NCBI GenBank assembly: GCA_964628245.1
Contig: CAZVMU010000007.1
Span: forward strand, 66,090-130,089
Length of the DNA stretch: 64,000 bases
Reading direction: 5' to 3'
Source: an uncultured Phycisphaeraceae bacterium
GTDB lineage: Bacteria > Planctomycetota > Phycisphaerae > Phycisphaerales > UBA1924
This document shows positions 8,346-18,073 of this stretch, one piece after another (position 1 is the stretch's first letter; each line of letters starts with the position of its first letter). The position numbers and the translations under genes are program-made. Below the pieces are notes generated by a model that worked only from the letters and a program-made list of their open reading frames with translations, was not told the origin of the DNA and ran no database searches.

Positions 8346-10670
8346 CTAGTTCCAGGCGACGGCAAGAACAATGGCCAGAATCATCGCGATGCCGCCCGCC
8401 ATGCCCAGGGCATAGCCGTGGAGGACGCCCGACTGGCTGGGACGGATGGCGTTCCCGGTGAGGCGGGGCAGGATTCCCGCGAGGTTCACCAGCCCATCGA
8501 CAAACATGCGGTCGATGAAGTGGAAGATGTGCGCGAGCACGAGGATCGGCTTGCGGATCAGGAAGTCGTAGAACTCGTCCACGTACCACTTGTGCTGCGC
8601 CCAGCGTGGGATCGAACCAAGCAGGGGGAGCAACTTGTCGGCGTTTGCCGTCGCCGCGGTCGTGCGCCCGAGGAAGTGCAGGACGAACGCGATCGCGATG
8701 CCCAGCGCCCCGACCACGCCCGAGACGTAGTACATCGCTTTGTGCGGGTCCATGCCGAAGATCGTCCCGGCGTGGGCCTCGTGGGGATGCGCGACGAAGT
8801 TCGGCACAACGCTCATGGCCGCGTGGGCCTCGGCCACGTGCTCACCCGCGCCGGCCTCATGGTGGGCGAACGGCGAGGCGAACTGGGCCGTCGAATGCTC
8901 CACGAGCGACGCGATCGCGCCGTGCTTCCCGCCCATCACAAACAGCCCGACGGCTCCGATCGCCAGGATCGCGAGCGTCGCGAGGACGGTGTTGATGGCC
9001 CAGCCCGGCGCGTGCGGATGGGCATCGTGATGCCCGTGGTCGTGCGCGTGATCGGCACTATGTGAATGCCCGTGGTCGTTCGCGTGCCCATGGTCATGGG
9101 CATGGTCGTCCGCGTGTGCGGCGTCGCTCCCGTGTCCCTCATCGCCCATCTCGAACTGCACGGGCCCCATGAAGACGCGGAAGAAGACGCGGAAGGTGTA
9201 ATACGCGGTCAGCCCGGCCGTCAGCACGAGGATCCACCCGACCATCGACATTCCGGGCGTGACGAACGCCTCGGCGAGGATCATGTCCTTGGAGAAGAAC
9301 CCGGCCGTGAAGGGGAACCCCGCGAGATTGAGGCACCCCACGAGCATGCCCACACCCACGATCCGCCACCCGGGCATCTTCATCACGCCCGACAACTTGC
9401 GCAGGTCGAGTTGCCCCCCAAAGCCGTGCATCACCGCGCCGCAGCACAGGAAGAGGAGCGCCTTAAAGAAGGCGTGAGTGACGACATGCGACACGCCCCC
9501 CGCCGTTGAGAGCACCGCCAGCCCGGCGAACATGTACCCGAGTTGGGACACGGTCGAATAGGCCATGATGCGCTTGATGTCGAACTGGGCCATCCCGATC
9601 GTTGCGCTGAAGAGGGCCGTGAGCGCCCCGACCCACGCCACGATCGGCAGGGCCGACTCCGACAGCAGGAAGAACGGGAACATCCGCGCGACGAGGTACA
9701 CCCCGGCCGTCACCATCGTGGCGGCGTGGATGAGCGCCGAGACCGGCGTCGGGCCTTCCATCGCGTCGGGGAGCCACACATACAGCGGCAACTGCGCCGA
9801 CTTGCCGAAGGCCCCGCCAATGAAGAGCAGCGGGATGATCTTCGCGATTGTCGGAATATCGCCGAGCCGTCCGGCCTTGAGGGCCTCCAAGTACACCGCG
9901 GCCTTCTCGAAGACGACGGTGTACTCGACGCTCCCGAAGTGGACAAACGTCAGCATGATGCCGAGCGCCAGGAAGAGATCGCCGATGCGGTTGACGATGA
10001 AGGCCTTCTTTGCCGCCGCCACCGCCGCCGGCTTCTTGTAGAAGTAACCGATGAGCAGGTACGAGCAGAGGCCCACGCCCTCCCAGCCCAGATAGAGCAG
10101 GACCAGATTGTCCGCCATGACCAGGCAGGCCATGGAGAAGACAAAGAGGCTGAACGCAGCGAAGAACCGGTTGTATCCGCTGCCGACATCGTGCGACATG
10201 TACTCGCTCGCGTAGAGCGCAATCAGCGTCGCCAGGCCGGTCACAAAGAGCATCCAGAGGACGCTCAACGAGTCCATGTAGAACGAGAAGTTCGCAACGA
10301 ACGACGAGGCGTCGGAGGTCTTGATGTCGAGCCAGCGGAAGGCCTGAATAACCTGGAACGAGGCGCCGTGCCCCTCGCCGCCGCTCCAGCCGTTGCCGTT
10401 CGCGGTGAAGAAAGTTGCCGCGGTGCAGACGAACGCGAGCGCGAGGCACGCGACCGTCACGAACGCCGGGAGTTTCGTCTTGACGCGCATCGCCGCAAAG
10501 ATCGCGTTGAGCACGAAGGCGAGCATGGGCAGGCCCACGATCGCGAGCACCAGCCCGCTCGAGAGACCCAAGGCCGCGTGCTCGGCGTTGCCAGCACCCA
10601 GCGTCGCGCTGGTCAAGCCGACGAAGGACGGAGCGGCGAGGGACAAGGATTGGTGGAGAGCGTCAAGCAT
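8346..10670 (-). CDS. nuoL: NADH-quinone oxidoreductase subunit L, with an internal His/Asp-rich insertion
   Basis: NuoL/ND5 hallmarks (YLLIGYFYKKPAAVAAAKKAFIVNRIGD, WLPDAMEGPTPVSALIHAATMVTAGVYL). Start assigned to the MLDALHQ Met. The roughly 50-aa insertion HGSDAAHADDHAHDHGHANDHGHSHSADHAHDHGHHDAHPHAPG lies at about 9010..9170. Confidence 0.9.
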   Translation of the reverse strand: MLDALHQSLSLAAPSFVGLTSATLGAGNAEHAALGLSSGLVLAIVGLPMLAFVLNAIFAAMRVKTKLPAFVTVACLALAFVCTAATFFTANGNGWSGGEGHGASFQVIQAFRWLDIKTSDASSFVANFSFYMDSLSVLWMLFVTGLATLIALYASEYMSHDVGSGYNRFFAAFSLFVFSMACLVMADNLVLLYLGWEGVGLCSYLLIGYFYKKPAAVAAAKKAFIVNRIGDLFLALGIMLTFVHFGSVEYTVVFEKAAVYLEALKAGRLGDIPTIAKIIPLLFIGGAFGKSAQLPLYVWLPDAMEGPTPVSALIHAATMVTAGVYLVARMFPFFLLSESALPIVAWVGALTALFSATIGMAQFDIKRIMAYSTVSQLGYMFAGLAVLSTAGGVSHVVTHAFFKALLFLCCGAVMHGFGGQLDLRKLSGVMKMPGWRIVGVGMLVGCLNLAGFPFTAGFFSKDMILAEAFVTPGMSMVGWILVLTAGLTAYYTFRVFFRVFMGPVQFEMGDEGHGSDAAHADDHAHDHGHANDHGHSHSADHAHDHGHHDAHPHAPGWAINTVLATLAILAIGAVGLFVMGGKHGAIASLVEHSTAQFASPFAHHEAGAGEHVAEAHAAMSVVPNFVAHPHEAHAGTIFGMDPHKAMYYVSGVVGALGIAIAFVLHFLGRTTAATANADKLLPLLGSIPRWAQHKWYVDEFYDFLIRKPILVLAHIFHFIDRMFVDGLVNLAGILPRLTGNAIRPSQSGVLHGYALGMAGGIAMILAIVLAVAWN

Positions 10671-10699
10671 GGCGGCGTCGGTCAAGATCGGCGGAAAAC

Positions 10700-11071
10700 T
10701 CACCCCTTCAACTCGGACCATTCCTCGGCGGACAACGACTCATTGCGGCGGAAGAGCAGCACGACCAGCGCCAACGCCATCGCCGCCTCCGCCGCGGCGA
10801 TCGTCAGCACAAAGATCAGAAACGTCTGCCCGTTCATGTCCAGGTGGTACCGCCCGAACGCGACGAGCGCGATCCCTGCGGCCTGGAACATCAACTCCGT
10901 GCACAGGAACATGATGATGAGGTTGCGCCGGGTCAGGAATCCGATCAGCCCCAGCGTGAAGAGCACCGCCGACAGGAAGAGATAGTGCGCCAGCGTCGGG
11001 TGCGACACAAAGGCCGGGTACGCCAACTGCGCGAGCGTGGAGGACGTACTCGACATCGCGGTTGACATCAT
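10700..11071 (-). CDS. nuoK: NADH-quinone oxidoreductase subunit K
   Basis: Small 3-TM protein with the RRNLIIMFLCTELMFQAAGIALVAF core typical of NuoK/ND4L. Abuts the nuoJ stop. The true start is probably a few codons inside the ORF. Confidence 0.85.
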   Translation of the reverse strand: MMSTAMSSTSSTLAQLAYPAFVSHPTLAHYLFLSAVLFTLGLIGFLTRRNLIIMFLCTELMFQAAGIALVAFGRYHLDMNGQTFLIFVLTIAAAEAAMALALVVLLFRRNESLSAEEWSELKG

Positions 11072-12120
11072 GACATCGCCCCCTCGACCCGCTCGGCCGC
11101 GTCACTCAACCGGCGCGACTCATGGAGTTTGCGATCCTCGTCGATCTGCACCTGCTTGCGCGACAGGACCACCGCGCCGAGCATCGCCATGAGCAGGATC
11201 ACGCCGGCGATCTCGATCGAGCCGGGGTGGTCGCGCAGCAGGTTGAATCCGACCTGCTCGACGTTGCTCAGCCGCAAGTCCTCGGGCCACTCGTTCCGAG
11301 CCAAGACCCGCTCGCTCTGGTCGGCCTTCACGATCGTCAGGAACTCACCGCTCGGTCCCATCACAGCACGATCGCCGGCCTGAAGCAGCCCATGCGCCTC
11401 AAGAATCCGATCAACCTTTCGCGGCATGTCGACGAGTAGTGACGAGACCGCCCGGGGCGTCGCCTCGGGAAGTTTCGGAATGCCTCGGAAGAGCAGCGTC
11501 GTCAGCACCGCGAGCACGACAAAGCCGGCAATGGTCGCCGCGATCGGCTCGCGAGCCACCGTGTCATACTCCGCGAGCACCTCGTCCTCGCCCTCGGCCG
11601 GGGCCTGCGTCGCGAGCATGATCACGAAGAGGTACGTGATGAGGATCGCCCCGGCGTACACGATCACCAGTGCCGCCGCCATGAACTCCGCCGACAGCAG
11701 CACGAGGATGCCGGCGGTCGAGAGCACGGTCATGATGAACCACAACGCCGCATAGACGGGCCGCTGGTGCGTGATCATCCGCAGCGCCGACCCGCTCCCG
11801 AGCAACGCGAAGATGTAGAAGAACGGATTGGTCAGCCCCACAGAGTTCCCGGGAGCCGCATCCGCCGCGTACTTCGCGTTCATGCCCAGCACAATGAAGA
11901 CGATCCCCGCCGCCGCCCCAGCCAGGAGCGCGCCCAGCACCTGCGGGTTCGGGCCCTTTCGCGGAAGCGACATCAGCACGCCCACGGCCCCGAGCGCGAC
12001 GCAGGCGTACAGCAGAATCGGATGGATCAGGTCGCTCACTCGGGCGATTCCATGCGAAGGAGCGGTCGGAAGGTCCTCCGATCGGGGCACACGCCACCGA
12101 GCAGGGTCAAGAACCATGGG
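11068..12120 (-). CDS. nuoJ: NADH-quinone oxidoreductase subunit J with long C-terminal extension
   Basis: N-terminal NuoJ/ND6-like TM region (LLYACVALGAVGVLMSLPRKG...). Start at MVLDPARW (12120). About 350 aa, against roughly 170-200 for typical NuoJ. Confidence 0.8.
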   Translation of the reverse strand, partial: PMVLDPARWRVPRSEDLPTAPSHGIARVSDLIHPILLYACVALGAVGVLMSLPRKGPNPQVLGALLAGAAAGIVFIVLGMNAKYAADAAPGNSVGLTNPFFYIFALLGSGSALRMITHQRPVYAALWFIMTVLSTAGILVLLSAEFMAAALVIVYAGAILITYLFVIMLATQAPAEGEDEVLAEYDTVAREPIAATIAGFVVLAVLTTLLFRGIPKLPEATPRAVSSLLVDMPRKVDRILEAHGLLQAGDRAVMGPSGEFLTIVKADQSERVLARNEWPEDLRLSNVEQVGFNLLRDHPGSIEIAGVILLMAMLGAVVLSRKQVQIDEDRKLHESRRLSDAAERVEGAMS

Positions 12121-12251
12121 AGTGTTCGCCCGTTCGTCCGGCGCGGCACCCCATAAGGCCCTGAGGATAGTGCTCGCTGACCCGATCTTCAACCAACCAA
12201 TGCCGCGCCGATGTCGGCTTTGAGCAACCGTGCCGCTACGCTCTGGGTGCG

Positions 12252-12950
12252 ATGACGCACGCGGCGGCCTCGACAGTTCCCGCTCCAGCAACCCTCGGCT
12301 GGCGACGATGGTTCCCCAACGCCTTGACCGGCATGAGGTTGCTCATCGCCATCGCCTTCTTCACCCTGCTGGCCGTCTGGAACTATCCCGCTCGCGAACT
12401 CGTCGTCTCACCGCGTCATCCCTTGATCGCGTACCTCGTCGCCGCCGCGCTCTTTGGCTTGGCCGCCGTCACCGACGCGATCGATGGCCCCCTCGCACGC
12501 CGCTGGAAGGTCGTCTCCGCCTTTGGCCGCATCATGGACCCCTTCGCCGACAAGGTCCTGGTCGTCGGCGGGTTCATCATGCTCGCCGGCCCGACCTTCG
12601 GCACGCCCATCGCCGACGGTGAGGGCGGCCTCGAGATGCTCCACGTCAGCGGCGTCCACACCTGGATGGTCGTCGTCATCCTCGGACGCGAACTCCTCGT
12701 CACCTCCATCCGGGCCGTCGCCGAATCCCAGGGGCACGACTTCTCCGCCACATGGTCGGGCAAGGCCAAGATGATCCTCCAGGCCTGCGTCATTCCCATG
12801 ATCCTTCTGGTCCTCGGGTTCACCAGAATCACCCCGGGCACCTGGGGGCGCTGGATCATCGACATCGCCGTCTGGCTCACCGTGGGCGTCACGATCCTGA
12901 GCGGGATTCCCTATCTCCACAGGGCGATGCAGATTTTCGGGCGTCAGTAG
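12252..12950 (+). CDS. pgsA: CDP-diacylglycerol--glycerol-3-phosphate 3-phosphatidyltransferase (CDP-alcohol phosphatidyltransferase family)
   Basis: CDP-alcohol phosphatidyltransferase signature D-x2-DG-x2-AR...G-x3-D-x3-D (AVTDAIDGPLARRWKVVSAFGRIMDPFADKVLV). Multiple TM helices. Confidence 0.85.
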   Translation: MTHAAASTVPAPATLGWRRWFPNALTGMRLLIAIAFFTLLAVWNYPARELVVSPRHPLIAYLVAAALFGLAAVTDAIDGPLARRWKVVSAFGRIMDPFADKVLVVGGFIMLAGPTFGTPIADGEGGLEMLHVSGVHTWMVVVILGRELLVTSIRAVAESQGHDFSATWSGKAKMILQACVIPMILLVLGFTRITPGTWGRWIIDIAVWLTVGVTILSGIPYLHRAMQIFGRQ

Positions 12951-13056
12951 CCTCATTGCGTTCGCGGCACAGTCTCCTGTTGACCTTCCGGGTCGTTTCC
13001 GGTACGTTGATATCCGGCTGCTCGCGGGGACAACATCTTTTCGGCGAGCCCTCACT

Positions 13057-14544
13057 ATGACCATTCGACGCTGCGCATCCATCGGAGCCGTGCTCGGTGT
13101 TGTCGTCTTCTCTCTCCACGCCCTCGCCGTTGATCCGCCCATCCGACTCCAGAGCGTCGCCACCGGGCTGACCCAACCCGTCTTCGTCACCCACGCTCCC
13201 AACGACCCCTCGCGTCTCTACATCGTCGAGCAGCGCGGCAAGGTCAAGGTCATGGTCAACGGCGTCATGCAGCCCACACCCTACATCGATGTCGGAACTC
13301 GTCTCACGGGCTCGGATGGCTACGTCCTTGAATACGGCCTCCTCGGCATCGCCTTCCATCCCGACTACCAGAACAACGGCTACTTCTATCTCAACTACAC
13401 CGTCGGCACCTCAAGCCTCGCCGACACCGTCATCGCACGCTTCCGGGTCTCGGCCGATCCCAATGTCGCCGACCCCAACTCCTTCCAGCAAATCTTGCGA
13501 ATCCCGTACACCGTCAAGCAGCACCGCTCGGGGTGGATGGACTTCGACCCCGCGGGCTATCTCTACATCCCCACCGGTGACGGCGGCGAGACCGATCCGC
13601 AGAATAACGCCTCCAACACCAACGTCCTCATGGGCAAGATTCTCCGCCTCGACGTCAATGGACCCGACGGAATCCCCGGCACGAGCGACGACGACGGCTT
13701 CCCCGCCGACGCCAACAAGCACTACCAGATCCCCGCGACCAATCCCCACGTTGGCGAGGCTGGCTTCCAGCCCGAGATCTGGGCCTATGGCCTGCGCAAC
13801 GCCTGGCGATGCTCCTTCGATCGCGAAACGCACGACCTCTGGATCGGAGACGTCGGGCAATCGGCGCGCGAGGAAGTCACCGTGATCCCACCAACCACCA
13901 ACGGCGGGTTCCTCGGCTGGCGATGCCGCGAAGGAACCGTGGCCACCGGATACGCCGGCTGCCCCGCGACGCTCCCGCCCTCCCTGGGACCAACGTATGA
14001 GTACACGCACGCCATCGGCACCGCGGTCATCGGCGGGTACGTCTATCGCGGGTGCGCCATGCCCGACCTGCAGGGCACCTACTTCTTCGGCGACTGGAAT
14101 CGAAAGATCTTCTCGTTCCGGTATGTGAACGACACCGTCACCGAGTATGTCGAACGCACCGCGACGCTCCCGATCCCCGGAACCTTTGTCTCCTTCGGCG
14201 AGGACTTCTACGGCGAGATCTACGCCTGCAACTGGTCCACCACGGCCGGCGCCGGCTCGATCTTCAAGATCGTTCCCGTCACACCCGCGCCCGACTCCAA
14301 CGCCAACGGCATCCCCGATTCCTGCGAATCGACCTCGTGCATCGCCGACACCGACGACGGCTCGGGCACAGGCACACCCGACGGCGGCGTCACCATCGAC
14401 GACCTCCTCTACTACCTCGACATCTTCGCCCAGGGGTCCATCGCCGCCGACGTGGATGATGGCAGCGGCACGGGTACACCCGACTCCGGTGTCACCATCG
14501 ATGACCTCCTCTACTACCTCGTCCGATTCGGCGAGGGGTGCTGA
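13057..14544 (+). CDS. secreted PQQ-dependent sugar (glucose/sorbosone) dehydrogenase-like beta-propeller protein with C-terminal tandem dockerin-like module
   Basis: Signal peptide (MTIRRCASIGAVLGVVVFSLHALAV). GSDH-family motif YGLLGIAFHPDYQNNGYFYLNYT. C-terminus DTDDGSGTGTPDGGVTIDDLLYYL x2 ending GC-stop. Confidence 0.8.
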   Translation: MTIRRCASIGAVLGVVVFSLHALAVDPPIRLQSVATGLTQPVFVTHAPNDPSRLYIVEQRGKVKVMVNGVMQPTPYIDVGTRLTGSDGYVLEYGLLGIAFHPDYQNNGYFYLNYTVGTSSLADTVIARFRVSADPNVADPNSFQQILRIPYTVKQHRSGWMDFDPAGYLYIPTGDGGETDPQNNASNTNVLMGKILRLDVNGPDGIPGTSDDDGFPADANKHYQIPATNPHVGEAGFQPEIWAYGLRNAWRCSFDRETHDLWIGDVGQSAREEVTVIPPTTNGGFLGWRCREGTVATGYAGCPATLPPSLGPTYEYTHAIGTAVIGGYVYRGCAMPDLQGTYFFGDWNRKIFSFRYVNDTVTEYVERTATLPIPGTFVSFGEDFYGEIYACNWSTTAGAGSIFKIVPVTPAPDSNANGIPDSCESTSCIADTDDGSGTGTPDGGVTIDDLLYYLDIFAQGSIAADVDDGSGTGTPDSGVTIDDLLYYLVRFGEGC

Positions 14545-14654
14545 TCACGCCCTCGATCCTCCCGACACAGTCGCACGACACCCCGGCGCGTCTACCCTGA
14601 TGCTCTCGCGGCTGGGCCGTTCGCTCCATGCCGCGTCCACACCCAGGAGCGTCA

Positions 14655-15184
14655 TGGCGATCGATCCCTTCCAGCGGCGGCCTCTCCGCCTCATCACTAC
14701 CTTCGGACTTGGACACATGCGCCCCGCCTCGGGGACATGGGGCTCGCTCCCGCCCATCGTCCTTGCCCTCGTTTTCGTGGCGGCAGGCCTCGGTCCCGCC
14801 GACCACCGCGCGTTCTTCGATGCCGCCATGGTCCTCATCGCCGTCGTCTTCTCCTGGGCGTGCGTGCGCGATGGCGACTACGCCGAGGCACGATTCGGAA
14901 AGAAAGACCCGGGCCAGGTCGTCGCCGACGAGACCGCCGGCCAGGCCGTCACGCTCCTCATGCTGCCCACCGCTGCGATGCAGGACGTGCGTGCCGCGAT
15001 CTTCACGATTGTCCTGTCGTTCTTCGCCTTCCGCATCTTCGACATCCTGAAGCCCTGGCCGGCCCGCTCGCTCCAGCGCGTCCCCGGCGGCTGGGGGATC
15101 CTCATCGACGACCTCTTCGCGGGCGTCTACGCCGGCATCACCGTCTGGCTCGCGTGGCATCTCGGCGTCGCCTGGCGCGGCTGA
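14655..15184 (+). CDS. pgpA: phosphatidylglycerophosphatase A
   Basis: PgpA motifs GTWGSL, VADETAGQ, FDILKPWP, GGWGILIDD. Start at MAIDPF within the longer ORF 14147..15184. Confidence 0.8.
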
Positions 15185-15218
15185 GATCCAGCACACCAAC
15201 TCATCACCGCCAAGGAAA

Positions 15219-15246
15219 CAGGCCCCAGCATCTGCCGGGGCCTGAG
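15219..15246. terminator. putative bidirectional intrinsic terminator between convergent pgpA and rplI
   Basis: Inverted repeat CAGGCCCC-agcatctgcc-GGGGCCTG in the 100-nt convergent intergenic region. No strong U-tract. Confidence 0.45.
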
Positions 15247-15284
15247 TCGTGCTTGCTCATTCAATCTGCTGTGAAACCAGCGAG

Positions 15285-15882
15285 TTACTGCGCGGTCTCG
15301 GCCTTCGCCCGCGGCTTGCGAGCCTTCTTCTCGCCGCCCTCGGCGTTCTCCGCCGGAGCCGCCCCCTCGGCCGGAGCGTGCTCGCTCGCCGCCGACTCGG
15401 ACTTCTCCTCGTCCAGATCCAGTTCGCGATCCGGGTTGATCTTGAGTTTCAGCGTCGCGTCGAGGTCCGCGTCGAGTTTCACGTGGATGTCGTACGTCCC
15501 GAGACGCTTGATCGTCTCGTTGATGCGGATCTCACGCGGCTTGACCTTGTAGCCCTTCTCGGTCAACACGTTCGCGAGTTCCTGCTGCGTCACGCCGCCG
15601 TACAGGATGCCTTGGTCATTGCACGAGCGGACCAACTCGATCGAGATCCCCTCGATCTTTTTGATCATGTCCTCACGCTGCTTGCGGAGGAGCGAGAGTT
15701 GCTTCTGGGCCTCGGCCCGCTTCGACGCGAGTTGCTGGATCAACTCGTCGCTGGGCGTCGTCGCCAAGCCACGCGGCAGGAGAAAGTTCCGGGCGTACCC
15801 GAGACGAACGCCGACCACGTCGCCGACGATGCCCAGGCTATCGACGGACTCGGTGAGCAGAAGTTTGACGGTCTTGGCCATG
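15285..15882 (-). CDS. rplI: 50S ribosomal protein L9 with E/K/A-rich C-terminal extension
   Basis: MAKTVKLLLTESVDSLGIVGDVVGVRLGYARNFLLPRGLA is the canonical L9 N-domain. The ATG is at 15882..15880. The C-terminal approximately 50 aa are low-complexity, rich in A/E/K. Confidence 0.85.
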
Positions 15883-16131
15883 ATGCTGTCCTTGTCTCCC
15901 GCGATATTGGCTTGGCGGGGAAAGTGAGGAGCCGGAGAGCGACACCACGTCGAACCGACCCCAACGGGGGGGGGAAATGGGATGTGAGCGGAGAGTATAG
16001 GCGATGGACCCCGAGGCCGCACGTCCCATGCGTGCGATCTAAGTCCATTCCAGAGAACGACCTACACAAACTCGTGGCACAAGCGTCCCGCCTGTGACTA
16101 CCCATTCTACTGGACCAACTCCAACGATTTC

Positions 16132-16624
16132 TCAGAACGGAATGTCATCCGGCTCAGGCTCATGCGCCGGCGCCGGCCGCCCGGAACCAGAACCCGACGC
16201 CGACCGCGAGGCCTGACGCGGCGCCGACGAGTAGTTCCCGCCGCCGCCACCACCATCGCCTCCCCCACCACCGCCGCCGCCCTTGCTGTCGACGAACTGG
16301 AAACCTTCAACCACAACCTTCAATCTCGAACGGTTTTGTCCAGAGTCCTTGTCTTGCCACGTGTCGAGTTTCAGGCGACCTTCGATGAAAATCGGTTTGC
16401 CCTTCGACAAGTACTTTGCGATGGTCTCTGCGGTCCTTCCCCACGCCTCACAGTCAACGAATGTGGTCTCTTCGCGCCGCTCCCCATCTGGAGTGGACCA
16501 ACTGCGATTCACCGCAAGTCCAACCGTTGCGACCTGCTGCCCACCCTGCGTCGACTTCAGTTCGATGTCGCGTGTGATGTTGCCCATCAGAAACACTTTG
16601 TTGAAGTTTCCCATACGTGCATGG
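16132..16624 (-). CDS. ssb: single-stranded DNA-binding protein
   Basis: MGNFNKVFLMGNITRDIELK... OB-fold. Poly-Gly linker. Acidic C-terminal tip DDIPF. Start ATG at 16624..16622. Confidence 0.9.
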
Positions 16625-16814
16625 TATCCGAAACCATGCCCCGAGGGGAACAGAATCCGGCCAAACCACCATCCACTCACACCAAATCCACACCCCGTCA
16701 ACACCGGCAAAATGACAACCTCCAGCCAGACCCTTCGGCCAGACCGGCTCCTCCGCCGCAAACCCCGAATATCAAATCACCAATGCCGAATCACCAATGC
16801 CGAATGCCGCTTCC

Positions 16815-17252
16815 CTACCCCTTTGGCACAAACGTCGCCCCCGCCTGCACATCGAAACTCACCAGTTGCCCCGCCTCGAACTTTTCCGCGACCTGCCTCG
16901 GGTCCGTCGGCGTGCAATGGATCACCGTCCCCGCGTCCACCACCACCGCCCCACCCTCAACACGAACCACCACCCCCTGCACGCGCCGAGGCCGCCCCGC
17001 CACAGGCTCCACGAATCGCCCCCCCGTCTGCACGACATCGATCCGCCTCGCCTGCGCGTGGATCGTTCCGATCAATCGTCCGCCCTTGGCCGCGCGGATC
17101 TCACCTTTGGGCACGAGATGCAACTGGTAACTCGTATTCGGCACGCCAAAGACCAACAGCGCCGGCCGCCCCGACACCGACGAGGTCATCCCCTCGTACA
17201 CCCCGCGAGCAAGCCCGGCATCAATCTTCGTCGTCGGTGAAGGCGTGATCAT
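16815..17252 (-). CDS. hypothetical protein
   Basis: 145-aa ORF directly upstream of ssb on the same strand. No recognisable motif. The overlapping plus-strand ORFs are Pro-rich low-complexity. Confidence 0.3.
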   Translation of the reverse strand: MITPSPTTKIDAGLARGVYEGMTSSVSGRPALLVFGVPNTSYQLHLVPKGEIRAAKGGRLIGTIHAQARRIDVVQTGGRFVEPVAGRPRRVQGVVVRVEGGAVVVDAGTVIHCTPTDPRQVAEKFEAGQLVSFDVQAGATFVPKG

Positions 17253-17258
17253 GGCCGA

Positions 17259-18029
17259 TCAGAATAGGAACCCCGATCGTGTCCCATCCACGTCCCCGTC
17301 GTTCCCATCCGGCTCCTGCTCACCCCCTCGATTCGGGACGCTCGCGATCAACTCTCGTGAATCGTTCCGCGGGTTGTTCACGAGCGGCCGGACACAATGC
17401 CCCACAAGGATCTCCTCCGGTGCGGGACGTATCAGACTTTGAGCCGTCTCCACCGTCCCACCCACCCACGTCCACGCGTCCCTCGTCTCCAGAATCACCG
17501 GCATGCGATCGTGCATCCGCGACATGAACCCGTTCGCCGGCGTCGTCACGATCGAGAACGTCGGCATCGAATCTCCCAGCGACTCGTTCGCCGATTCCCA
17601 CACTCCCGCAACAAGCAACGGCTTCGTGTCCATACGCGTGAAATACCACGGCTGCTTCCCCACGCCCGCGGTCGCCGATCGCTCCCACTCATAGAACCCG
17701 CTCATCGGCACGACGCCGCGTCGCTTCGCAAACGCCCCACGATACGCCGGCTTCTCCGCGATCGTCTCCCCGCGCGCGTTGATCATCCGCGAGCCGATCG
17801 ACTCGTCCTTCGCCCACGTCGGCACCAGCCCCCACCGCGCCAGCACGCACGCGATCTCGCTGTCCGCATCCCCGGCACACATCAGCATCGAACTCTGCGT
17901 CGGCGCCACGTTGAAACTCGAACCGATCCCGCCCGCGAACGGCGAGAGCGACACCCCATCGGGGAGAAACACCCGCATCAGTTCATGGAGATCGGCCCAC
18001 GAGAAATCCCGCGTGAATCGCCCGCACAT
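17259..18029 (-). CDS. SOS-response-associated peptidase (SRAP/YedK family, abasic-site processing protein)
   Basis: Starts MCGRF (Cys2 nucleophile) and continues ..INARGETIAEKPAYRGAFAKRRGVVPMSGFYEW.., characteristic of SRAP. Start assigned to the internal Met at 18029. Confidence 0.8.
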   Translation of the reverse strand: MCGRFTRDFSWADLHELMRVFLPDGVSLSPFAGGIGSSFNVAPTQSSMLMCAGDADSEIACVLARWGLVPTWAKDESIGSRMINARGETIAEKPAYRGAFAKRRGVVPMSGFYEWERSATAGVGKQPWYFTRMDTKPLLVAGVWESANESLGDSMPTFSIVTTPANGFMSRMHDRMPVILETRDAWTWVGGTVETAQSLIRPAPEEILVGHCVRPLVNNPRNDSRELIASVPNRGGEQEPDGNDGDVDGTRSGFLF

Positions 18030-18073
18030 GCCAAACTCTACGTGATCCGCTCGAGGCGAGCGGCAGATGAACC

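Noticed and set aside
9543-10985. 480-aa plus-strand ORF antisense to nuoL
   Set aside because: Low-complexity charged translation opposite a strongly supported NuoL.
16283-17248. 321-aa Pro-rich plus-strand ORF across the ssb upstream region
   Set aside because: The translation is a proline/serine low-complexity string. It overlaps ssb, which is strongly supported on the minus strand.
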